Shown here piece by piece: positions 12,460 to 23,757 of a stretch of 64,000 nucleotides of DNA. Under the pieces are notes generated by a model. The model saw nothing but the letters and a program-made list of their open reading frames with translations. It made no database searches and had not been told where the DNA came from. The number at the start of each line of letters is the position of its first letter. Within the stretch, counting starts at the first letter, position 1. Both the position numbers and the translations under genes were made by a program. This stretch comes from Antedon mediterranea (taxonomy: Eukaryota; Animalia; Echinodermata): the NCBI RefSeq assembly GCF_964355755.1, contig NC_092676.1, forward strand, positions 29,488 through 93,487, written 5' to 3'.

Positions 12460-12838
12460 TAACATGCTTAAAATGAATATTTAATCTTTAGCTGTGATAA
12501 CACTAAACAAAATAATAATGACAAAATTGTAACCATACGACATTCTGGATTATTTATTCTTTTTTAATCGGTTATAAATGATAAATAGAGAAATGATATT
12601 GGATGTCATTACTAATGTAATTATATCTCTGGAAAGTGCTTACTGGGAGAGAATGCACTACTGGTGTTGTAGGTTTTTCTATTGGTAAACAAAAGGAAGG
12701 AGGATAACAAAATGTATAGGTATATTTATTAGATGTTTGTACAGAATTTTTTAAATAAATTTATAGATTGTATATTTTAATTCACATTTGTTTAAACATT
12801 TTTTTATTATATTTTACACTTGATTTTACACCAATTAA

Positions 12839-13292
12839 GGCCAATTTACGCAGACGAGTGGTAACAGTAGCGGAAAACCGAATATGTATCTATCCTGACC
12901 GCCCATTTCTCGTCAACCGCCCGTCTGCTCTTGTCCCACACAGAATATGTATCTATCCTAAAGCTTGGTTCCCACTAGAACGTAACGCAAGGACGTAAAC
13001 GCAACGCAAGCGTTTTAACCAATGACAAGCGAAGTTATAGACGTGACAGTTAGCAATCACAAGCGAATAAGCCATCGCTTGTGATTGGTCAATTCACTTG
13101 CGTTGCGTTACGTCCTTGTGTTGCGTCGCTAGTGGGAACCACGCTTTAGCGCGCATTTCTCCTCAACCGCCCGTTTGCTCTTGTCCCACATAGAATATGT
13201 ATCTATCCTAAGCGCGCATTTCCACTCAACCGCCCGTTTGCTCTTTCTATTTTGTTTTCAGCTTAGCGTTACCTCGTCTGTGTAAATTGGCC
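12839..13292. mobile_element. MITE with terminal inverted repeats, containing a nested palindromic MITE at ~12962-13145
   Basis: Outer TIRs ggccaatttacgcagacgag / ctcgtctgtgtaaattggcc. Inner hairpin element agcttggttcccactag... / ...ctagtgggaaccacgct interrupts an internal repeat unit of the outer element. Confidence 0.75.
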
Positions 13293-13796
13293 ATAATGCT
13301 TTTTATTGTTATGTTATAGAATTGCTATATTTATCAATTTATAAATGATGCTGCATAGCAATAAATACCGTACAATATATAATTCACATTGTTTAATGAT
13401 TTGTTCACTTATTTTCGGCAGAGCAGAATACAGTTGTTTAAAGTAGGTTCATAAAGGTCATAATCAGTTTCCGGTCCAGTTTTTTTATATTCATTGTACA
13501 TAATACAATACTGTACAATTATCTGATAAATCACTTACTTATACTAATTTGCCGTCACAAATCCGTCAAGATTTCCCTTGTGATAACTGTAGTGGTTCGA
13601 CATCCGAAATGATTCTTTCTACAATTGCATATCCTATTGTTTGAAGAATACAAAGAACGATTGAGTCTCCTTTATGAAGTTAAAATGCCCATTTATAAAC
13701 AATTTTAGATTCCACCATTTAAACTATCAATTTTCATTTTCTTGAAGCATTGACAGGATATCCTAAATATTACTTCTACGCTATCGTTTATGAAGC

Positions 13797-14683
13797 GTAT
13801 TCTCGGAATACATATAAATGAACATTTATGTTGGAAACCCCATATAAACTGCATCTCAAATAAAATCGCTAAATCCATTGGTATCATCTACAAGGTAAAA
13901 CACGTCTTTCCTAAACATAATCTTTTTAATTTGTACAATGCGTTTAGCTTACCACACCTCTATTACTGCAATATAATATGGGGAAATGAATATCCAACAA
14001 ACTTAGAAAAAATACATAAATTACAAAAACGTATAGCTAGAATGATTACAAACTCACCGATGAGAACAGCCTCCAAACCACTATTACAAAGTTTAAAAAT
14101 GTTAAATATATACGATATAAATAAAATTCAAATTGCATGCTTTATGTTCAAATATTATCTCCAGGAACTTCCCATCCCTATAAACAACTTGATTGATTTA
14201 AACCCTAAAACTGATCGCTTAAAGACATTAAGAAACGCAAATAAGATATATATTCCACACAGTAGACTAGAAATTAATAAAAGATCAATTTTTATTGAAG
14301 GACCAACATACTGGAATAAACTCCAGTCTACCCTAGAACAAAATCACATGACCTCACTCCCTATGCTAAAGTACAATATTAAAAAGATGATATTTGAAAC
14401 ATATTGCTAGCTACTATTGCTACTGCAAAATTGGGGTTGTAAACATTTAGCTTAATATCACTTTGTTGTGTTTGTGTTTTTTTTTTTTTTTTTTTTTTTT
14501 CTTTTTCTGTCTCAAAATGTCATTTTTTGTTAATGTAATGCGTCCGTATAATATGTTTTATGTTTATGCTTAGGACTACAAAGACAAGCCACTTTGGCTT
14601 CTGTGTATCTTAACCCATAAACTTTGTAAAATATTGAATATTGAATAAATGTTGTTGTATAATTGATAATTAAAAAAAAAAAA
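13797..14683 (+). mobile_element. 5'-truncated non-LTR retrotransposon (LINE ORF2 C-terminus, 3' UTR, poly-A)
   Basis: ORF 13790-14410 has LGIHINEHLCWKPHI...LYYCNIIWG...LQKRIARMI...GPTYWNKL, typical of the region after the RT domain in CR1/L2-group LINEs. AATAAA at ~14645 and an A-run at 14672-14683. Confidence 0.85.
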
Positions 14684-15660
14684 GCAAGGGTAAATGCCCT
14701 AAACTAAGCGTAGTATATACGTCTACGCTATCGTTTATGAAGCAAGGGCAGCTGCCCTAAACTAAGCGCAGTATATACGTCTACGCTATCGTTTATGAAG
14801 CAACGGTAAATGCCCTAAACTAAGCGTAGTATATACGTCTACGCTATCGTTTATGAAGCAAGGGCAGCTGCCCTAAACTAAGCGTAGTATATACGTCTAC
14901 GCTATCGTTTATGAAGCAAGGGTAAATGCCCTAAACTAAGCGCAGTATATACGTCTACGCTATCGTTTATAAAGCATGGGTAAATGCCCTAAACTAAGCG
15001 CAGTATACGTCTACGCTATCGTTTATGAAGCAAGGGCAGCTGCCCTAAACTAAGCGTAGTATATAAGTCTACGCTACCGTTTATAAAGCAAGGGTAAATG
15101 CCATAAACTAAGCGTAGTATCGTCTACGCTATCGTTTATGAAGCAAGGGTAAATGCCCTAAACTAAGCGTAGTATATAGGCTACGTCTACGCTATCGTTT
15201 ATAAAGCAAGTGCAAATGCCCTAACTAAGCGTAGGCCTAGTATATACTACGCTATCGTTTATGAAGCAAGGGCAAATGCCCTAAATTAAGCGTAGTTACT
15301 AGTATATACGTCTACGCTACGCTATCGTTTATAAAGCTAGGGCAGATGCCCTAAATTAAGCGTAGTTACTAGTATATACGTCTACGCTACGCTATCGTTT
15401 ATAAAGCAAGGACAGATGCCCTAAACTAAGCGTAGTATATACTTCTACGCTATCGTTTATAAAGCAAGGGCAGATGCTCTAAACTAAGCGTAGTACAATA
15501 TATATTTCTACGCTATCGTTTATAAAGCAAGGGCAGCTGCCCTAAACTAAGCGTAGTACAATATATACTTCTACGCTATCGTTTATAAAGCAAGGGCAGC
15601 TGCCCTAAACTAAGCGTAGTAGGCCTACTATACGCTATCGTTTATGAATGATCTAAGCGT
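14684..15660. repeat. ~58-bp minisatellite, ~16 copies
   Basis: Unit aagcaagggtaaatgccctaaactaagcgtagtatatacgtctacgctatcgtttatg, diverging toward the 3' end. Confidence 0.9.
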
Positions 15661-16849
15661 AGTAACTATTAATTATTTTACACTAGGCCTACAGATATAG
15701 TTTATAAGCAATGAACACTATTAGGCCTCTATCATTTCGGATAATTTTTTAGGTTTGAAGCGGAAGAAGTTAAATTAACTGATGATTCATATCATCCGGT
15801 TTAAAAGTCGTGCAAGAAAGTGCAGGCCCCACTCTCAAATAATAAATAATACTTTGTATGTAGGTCAATTGCTTGCAGTTTGTATTCGCTTAGAATAAAA
15901 ACAAGATCTAAGTACAAAATAATACAATTTTCAAAATGGGGCATCGTCGACAAACTGAGCCAAAAGATTGTAGTATGTCTTCCGGGCATTTAGATGAAAT
16001 GTTACAAGGTACCATGCAGACTGAAAAGTTATGAGAGTCAGAGCCATATAGTATAAAGGGTTACGACTGGTGGGTTAGGGTTAGGGTTAGGGTATAAAAG
16101 GGTTACGACTGGTGGGTTGGCTTTGCACATTCATAATTCACTGTCAAATGTGCAATTATTTTTTTTATATAAGAAAACGCTGAAAATGTTTTGACAATTT
16201 TTACACATTGCTCTAGTGTGGATCTCGTGACTTTAACCCAATGTCGTAACTCCTTGAAAGTGAGAGTCAAACCATATATAATTACATATGGTCCTTGACC
16301 ACATATCTACTGTATTTTTATTTTGGTAGAGATTGTTAGGATATTGAAAGGGTATGAACAATATTAAAATAATAAAGGCAAATTATCATAAATTAAATTA
16401 TGAACGAGCCTCTGAAATTTGATAACGTTGGTGGCGCAGTTTGTGTCAAAAACGGCTGCTAATCAACTCTGTATAATACTGGAGGCTCTGGCGAGAGTAC
16501 CCAAAGAGAGTGTCTTTGGACAGGTATATAAAATATACCAAATTGGCTAGTTGAGAATTCTCAACTATTACCGCAGTACGCCTGTAACGACGAAGCCTAC
16601 CAGTATAATGGGATAGGCTGATTTCCTTGTTAACTTAAGGGGTCATTTCATTTCTGAATTATGATTGGTAGTAAAGGAAATTTACTGGAATCCTATTGGA
16701 TGGTAAGGTGGTAGTAGGACCATGTCCATCCCATTGCAGTAATAAAGTTGAGCCACCTGCGACCATTACAATGTCCTACCATGCTAATGTAGGAGTGGGG
16801 AAATGTTATGCTTACTACTGTTTCTTTTAATAATTTAATACAATTAATA

Positions 16850-18150
16850 AGAATAAAGAATACACTTAACAATATACAACAAATAACATTAATGTACGAT
16901 GTAGTTTAACACTGTTCTCAACTATAGTCATTTTGGTATACTTGAGCACATTGATAAAGAATAGGATAAACTTAACAATATACGACAAATAACAGTAATG
17001 TACGATCCCGTTTAACACTGTTCTCAACTATAGTCATTTTGGTATACTTGAGCACAGTGATAAAGAATAGGATAAACTTAACAATATACAACAACAATGT
17101 ACAATCCCGTTTAACACTGTTCTCAACTATAGTCATTTTGGTATACTTGAGCACAGTGATAAAGAATAGGATAAACTTAACAATATACAACAACAATGTA
17201 CGATCCCGTTTAACACTGTTCTCAACTATAGTCATTTTGGTATACTTGAGCACATTGATAAAGAATAGGATAAACTTAACAATATACAACAAAAAACATT
17301 AATGTACGATCCAGTTTAACACTGTCCTCGACTATAGTCATTTTGGTATACTTGAGAACAGTTATAAAGAATAGGATAAACTTAACAATATACAACAAAA
17401 AACATTAATGTACGATCCAGTTTAACACTGTCCTCGACTATAGTCATTTTGGTATACTTGAGCACAGTGATAAAGAATAGGATAAACTTAACAATATACA
17501 ACAAAAAACATTAATGTACGATCCAGTTTAACACTGTTCTCAACTATAGTCATTTTGGTATACTTGAGCACAGTGATAAAGAATAGGATAAACTTAAAAA
17601 TATACAACAAAAAACATTAATGTACGATCCAGTTTAACACTGTTCTTAACTATAGTCATTTTGGTATACTTGAGAACAGTGATAAAAAATAGGATAAACT
17701 TAACAATGTACAACAAAAAACGTACATTAATGTACGATCCCGTTTAACACTGTTCTCAACTATAGCCATTTTGGTATACTTGAGCACAGTGATAAAGAAT
17801 AGGATAAACTTAATAATATACAACAAATAACATTAATGTACGATCCAGTTTACCACTGTTCTCAACTATATAGTCATTTTGGTATACAACAAAAAACATT
17901 AATGTACGATCCAGTTTAACACTGTTCTCAACTATAGTCATTTTGGTATACTTGAGCACAGTGATAAAGAATAGGATAAACTTAACAATATACAACAAAA
18001 AACATTAATGTACGATCCCGTTTACCACTGTTCTCAACAATAGTCATTTTGGTATACTTGAACACAATATACAACAAATAACATTAATGTACACGATTCT
18101 GTTTAACACTGTTCTCAACTATAGTCATTTTCATATACTTGAGCACAGTG
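16850..18150. repeat. ~99-103-bp tandem array, ~13 copies
   Basis: Unit ...gtttaacactgttctcaactatagtcattttggtatacttgagcacagtgataaagaataggataaacttaacaatatacaac... Confidence 0.9.
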
Positions 18151-18159
18151 ATAATATGA

Positions 18160-19440
18160 AAAACATAATAACACTATAATATTGTAGATGAATGACGCGG
18201 ACACGTACATATGTTCATAAGTAATTGATATAAATTGACTTTTAAAAGTGGAATTAACACATCAAATGATTGTAGATAAATATGACGTGAATTGCACGTA
18301 CATTATGTTGATGAGTAGTATATTTATATAAATCGACTTTGAAAAGTGAAATAACACTAATATTGGTAGATGAATATGACGTGGACACGTACATAATTAT
18401 ATTGATTAGTATATTGATATAAATCGACTTTTAAAAGTCAAATTAACACTAATATTTGTAGATGAATATGACTTGGACACGATTTACATTATGTTGATGA
18501 GTATATTGATATAAATCGACTTTTAAAAGTGAAATAACACTAATATTTGTAGATGAATATGACGTGGACACGTACGGTACATAATGTTGATGAATATATT
18601 GATATAAATCGACTTTTAAAAGTGAAATAACACTATTAGTTGTACACTATTGATCATATATGAATATGACGTGAATTGCACGTACATATGTTGATGAGTA
18701 GGCCTATATTGATATAATTGACTTCGAAAAGTGAAATAACACTGATTTGTAAATGAATATGACGTGGACAAGTACATTTATTGATGAGTATATTGATAAA
18801 TCGACTTTTAAAAGTGAAATAACACTAATATTTATAGATGAATATGACGTGGACACGTACATGTTGATGAGTATATTGATATAAATCGACTTTTAAAAGT
18901 GGAATTAATACTCTTGATTGTAGACGTGAATTGCACGTACATATGTTGATGAGTGTATTGATATAAATCGACTAAACGTTAAATAACACTATCTTGTACA
19001 AGTACCCTCACTTGCACTGATGAAGGGCTAGTGTTGCCCGAAAACTCTGCTAACTTTTCTGGCTGTTTTACTTTATCGTTTTGATTTAGCTTTTCGCTTC
19101 TTTTTTTTGTATCTCCATTGAGACCACAGCATTGTTATTATTTCAGTATTTTGCCTTTGGATTTACTAATATTAAAAGTGAAATAACACTAATGACTGTA
19201 GATGATATGACATTTATGTTGATGTATATATTTTTGTATATATAATATGGACACCTACATACGTTGATAGGTATTGATATAAATAGATTTTTAAAAGTAC
19301 GGTAATAGACACTTTATTTGTAGATGAATACGACATGGACAAGTTGCAATAAATGCTATCGTTATATCGTATGTTGATGAGTATTGATATAAATCGACTT
19401 TTTTAAAGTGGAATAACACTAAAATGTATAGATGGATATG
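18160..19440. repeat. Diverged ~90-bp tandem array
   Basis: Recurring gtagatgaatatgacgtggacacgtacat..gttgatgagtatattgatataaatcgacttttaaaagtgaaataacact. Confidence 0.85.
19011..19053 (+). ncRNA. Minimal hammerhead ribozyme motif in a Penelope-like element fragment (~18997-19165)
   Basis: ttgca-CTGATGA-agggc-tagtgtt-gccc-GAAA-ac-TC-tgc: conserved core, stem II and stem I are present. A homologous segment lies inverted at 54399-54472. Confidence 0.6.
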
Positions 19441-19659
19441 GCCTCAACAAGTATTGTATTAAGCGGTACTGTATATTGATAGACTTCATACCTGTAATGT
19501 CAATGAAATCTGGCAACAAGAATTGCGTTTGATCCTCCTAATAGTATTCTAATAATCTTGGTTTGTAAAGGAGGCATGAAAAATCTAAACGCATAGCCAG
19601 GGGAGGGGTTGGAGTTTCGAACAAACTCCCCTGTGCCCGTCCTACGGTTTTTGTGAACT

Positions 19660-19778
19660 TTTTAGTAGCGTGCAAACGCGACTCTACAGCTCACTATGTC
19701 TGTCGGTCGGTCGGTCGGTAAACAGCAACTCAAATTTGAGCACGCGACTGCAGCCATGTATAGGCCTATAGCCTGTTT
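19660..19778 (+). mobile_element. Short Helentron/DINE-1-like non-autonomous element
   Basis: tttagtagcgtgc..cgcgact subterminal inverted repeat, (gtcg)n microsatellite, gcacgcgact and a 3' hairpin ending cctgtt. Confidence 0.5.
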
Positions 19779-19889
19779 ATACTAGAAATCAGCAGTGAAA
19801 GTATATGTAAATAATATGTGTTAATATAGAATTAGTTTTTTTAATTTAATAAATACTATTTAAAGTTGATCTTATTCTTTATCTGTGAT

Positions 19890-20380
19890 TAATTATACTC
19901 AAATGACTATAGTTTAAAACAGTATTAAACGGGATCATACATTAATGTTATTTGTTGTATATTATTAAGTTTATCCTATTCTTTATCACTGTGCTCAAGT
20001 ATACCAAAATGACTATAGTTGAGAACAGTGTTAAACTGGATCGTACATTAATGCTATTTGTTGTATATTATTATTAAGTTTATCCTATTCTTTATCACTG
20101 TGCTCAAGTATACCAAAATGACTATAGTTGAGAACAGTTTTAAACGGGATCGTACATTAATTTTATTTGTTGTATATTGTTAAGTTTATCCTATTCTTTA
20201 TCACTGTGCTCAAGTATACCAAAATGACTATAGTTGAGAACAGTGTTAAACTACATCGTACATTAATGTTATTTGTTGTATATTGTTAAGTTTATCCTAT
20301 TCTTTATCACTGTGCTCAAGTATACTAAAATGACTATAGTTGAGAACAGTGGTAAACTGGATCGTACATTAATTTTATCC
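19890..20380. repeat. Inverted copies (~5) of the 16850-18150 tandem unit
   Basis: gtttatcctattctttatcactgtgctcaagtataccaaaatgactatagttgagaacag is the reverse complement of that unit. Confidence 0.9.
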
Positions 20381-21881
20381 TTTGCTTTACTGTGCTTTGA
20401 TTTGATAAGCAAGTTTGGTTGCCCCGCCCCCATATGCTGCCTACTAAATTAGGATTCCCTAGCTTTTCTATAAAAATTGAAGTACCCAGAATGCACGTTA
20501 TACGGAAGTCATAGTCTTGTAAAATACAGACACAATAGTTTTTATCGTATTGTTTTCATTTAAATATCACTAAGATTGTCTTAAACTACAAACAACTAAA
20601 ATTAGTGAAGGTATGCAAGTGTTTCTAAATGTTTACTACTGGTAGTATTAATACAATTTGGATTATATCATTTTCCAGAAAGGTAGAAAAAACATAAAAT
20701 AGTTGAGAATTCTCAACTAGCCAGGATGGTATAGGAAATATAGCTCCTTTGGAGTACCACACCACCGCCGCGGCGCCCTCTATCTCTGGAAACCTGCTCT
20801 ACTTGGCCAAAACAGTATAAGGCTAATAAATAGAAAGAAACTTTCATTTATGATGGTTTTCTTTCACTGAAAACCAGCATCCATCCGCCACAGTGTATTT
20901 CAGAGAAATATTTTATTGTTTTTAAACACATTAAAATCGTAGTGGTTGATTTACTAAAGTCTCCAAATATGAACCCACCAGTGCAGACAATCCAAGTTAC
21001 GTGCCTGGCCAGTGTCATGAGTTTCAATCTGAATGTGATTTAAAATAGACCACTAGACTAATGATTAGTTAAATATTTGTGGTTCAGAAATATAGATACA
21101 TTATTGGCGGTGTCTTTGAATTCGATTATAGTGATTTGATATCAGTGAGTTGTATTACTGTATGATAAGTATTGTTATGATAACCTTTCATTCTTCTCGC
21201 AATTAATCATTTTAAATCAAATTTTATTTTGTTATATTGGCTTAAGAAGTCTCAATCAAACAATGTACAATAAATAATCTTTAAGTATTGGTTATCGATG
21301 ATAAATTCATAAGTTTTCGACAGAATAGCCTGTAATCGACAATTATTCTTAAGTTAATGAATTGCTATCTAATCCAGAGAATTATTATAAAATATTTTGA
21401 TTGTAAATCAAATAGATAACTAGAATGGTATTTTTTATAACAAACCTTTAACAATTTTTAATAACTATGATGAGCTAAACTTAAAGATGATTGATATGAT
21501 ACTCCTTATTTTCAGTTGAATGCGTTTAATATTATTATGTAAATAATGGTGATCAGGGTCGGATTTAAGAGGGTAATATATGGTAAATAATAAAAAAAAA
21601 TTAAATTAAGCCAGTATTCCTATACGTCGGCGGAGAGGGGGGGGGGAGTTATGGGGTTGGGTGTGTCTGTGTCTCAAATACTGTGATACTATACTATATT
21701 CATATAGTGTATCATATTCATACCCCCCTCCCCCTCCCCCTCCCCCTCCCCCCATTTCTAAATATACCGCCCTGGTGATTATAGTCCAATGCGTCAATTC
21801 GTTGCACCCCACCTCCTCCTCTATTTCTAAATATATCCGCTTTGGTGGTTATAGTCAATTCGTTGCGCCGCAGACCCCCCC

Positions 21882-21917
<36 letters not shown>

Positions 21918-22744
21918 CGCCACCACACCATTTCTAAACATATCCGCTTTGGTGATTTTAGTCAACTGCGTCCATTCGTCGTTGAACTTTGTCCTCTATC
22001 ATAACCAAACTACAATACAACTACACAGCCACATGTTAACCAGCATTTGCCCAAATTGGATGGAACGTGAAATGCAGATAACCGGTAATTATTACTATTT
22101 AATACAAACTAATTGTTTTAAGGTTTGCATGCAAAATACAAACACTATTATAGTAACGTCAGCAGGTATGTAGTAGCCTACATCATGTTGTCGTTTTTAG
22201 AAACATGGTGCACAAAAAATCTGAATTAATTAAATTATTTTTTTGTAATTAATTTGTGAATAAGTACAATCGTATTTTAGTTGCTAACCAAGCTATTTGG
22301 TTGGCTATGTTTTCACATATTGTATTAGGCCTAATTTAGATTATTATTTTTCAATAATTGAATAATTCTTCAGGTACAAGGGTTTAAGTAATGTTATAAT
22401 GATTTTAATGTATTACATTTATCCACTCAACGTACAATTCTTCAGGTACAAGGGTTTAAGTAATGTTATAGTGATTTTAATGTATTACATTTATCCACTC
22501 AACGTACAATAGATAATAGTAAGTGTGAGTGGATGGATGCCATCATAAATTCGAAGAATGTTAAGTTATGCCTCACAGTTAAAAAATAATATTGATAAAT
22601 TATAAATATTAAGTTGTTAAATATAAGTTGAATATAATAAATAAACATGATGTTAGGGCAGGAAGATGTAAAATAACTTACTAACTATTATATTAATTTT
22701 ATTTTACATCAATATAATACAAGAGGTAGCAGTCTGAATTTTTG

Positions 22745-23160
22745 AGTACCTACTTTTAAATCAGTTGCTCATAATACGTTTATCTTTGCAGCAATTAAGA
22801 ATTGGAATGCCCTGCCTAAAATAATAAAACAAAGCAATTCTATTGAACATTTTAAAAATAAAAGTTAAGGAATATCTTAGAATTAGAGCCCGTGAAAGTG
22901 AATCAACGGTAAAGTATGATTTTATATATAATGCCAATTATAAGTATGTTATATGTATTGTAATATATATATATTTTTTTGTTATTGTCTTTTTAAATTT
23001 GTTATTGAGGACCCCATTGGAAATAAGTCTCACATTGAGACTTCCATGGGCTATCCTGCATCTCTGTTTTTGTATTTTCAACATTTTTGAATTGTATATA
23101 TCTCTGTTTCATAAACTGTGTATGTCTTTTTAATGAGATGCTAATAAATCAAAATCAAAA
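22745..23160 (+). mobile_element. Degenerate LINE 3' end fragment
   Basis: Translates to FAAIKNWNALPKIIKQSNSIEHFK, a LINE ORF2 C-terminal motif, followed by a 3' UTR ending aataaatcaaaatcaaaa. Confidence 0.6.
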
Positions 23161-23194
23161 TTTGCGGCGCTCACTAATGTATGTTATATAATAG

Positions 23195-23695
23195 ATAATT
23201 ATCAGGGCCTATTTATAAACCTCTACCAGGTGACCAGTTGTGTAATATATATAATTATCAGGGCCTATTTATAAACCTCTACCAGGTGACCAGTTGTGTA
23301 ATATATATAATTATCAGGGCCTATTTATAAACCTCTACCAGGTGACCAGTTGTGTAATATATATAATTATCAGGGCCTATTTATAAACCTCTACCAGGTG
23401 ACCAGTTGTGTAATATATATAATTATCAGGGCCTATTTATAAACCTCTACCAGGTGACCAGTTGTGTAATATATACAATTATCAGGGCCTATTTATAAAC
23501 CTCTACCAGGTGACCAGTTGTGTAATATATATAATTATCAGGGCTATTTATAAACCTCTACCAGGTGACCAGTTGTGTAATATATATAATTATCAGGGCC
23601 TATTTATAAACCTCTACCAGGTGACCAGTTGTGTAATATATATAATTATCAGGGCCTATTTATAAACCTCTACCAGGTGACCAGTTGTGTAGTAT
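23195..23695. repeat. 56-bp minisatellite, ~9 copies, just upstream of the proposed RFX6 start
   Basis: Unit ataattatcagggcctatttataaacctctaccaggtgaccagttgtgtaatatat. Confidence 0.95.
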
Positions 23696-23757
23696 ATTTG
23701 CTCGAGAAAAACTGAGCTCCACCTGGTATTGACATTGAGTTAATTCACACTGAAAAT

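Larger units (their letters stand above)
16534..20733. mobile_element. ~4.2-kb foldback-like non-autonomous DNA element with TIRs and inverted internal satellite arrays
   Basis: TIRs tataccaNNNtggctagttgagaattctcaactat (16534-16568) and its inverse (20699-20733). A ~100-bp array at 16850-18150 is mirrored by inverted copies at 19890-20380. Confidence 0.65.

Noticed and set aside
21606-22173. Pro-rich and Gly-rich ORFs
   Set aside because: They come from poly-C and (CT)n low-complexity tracts.
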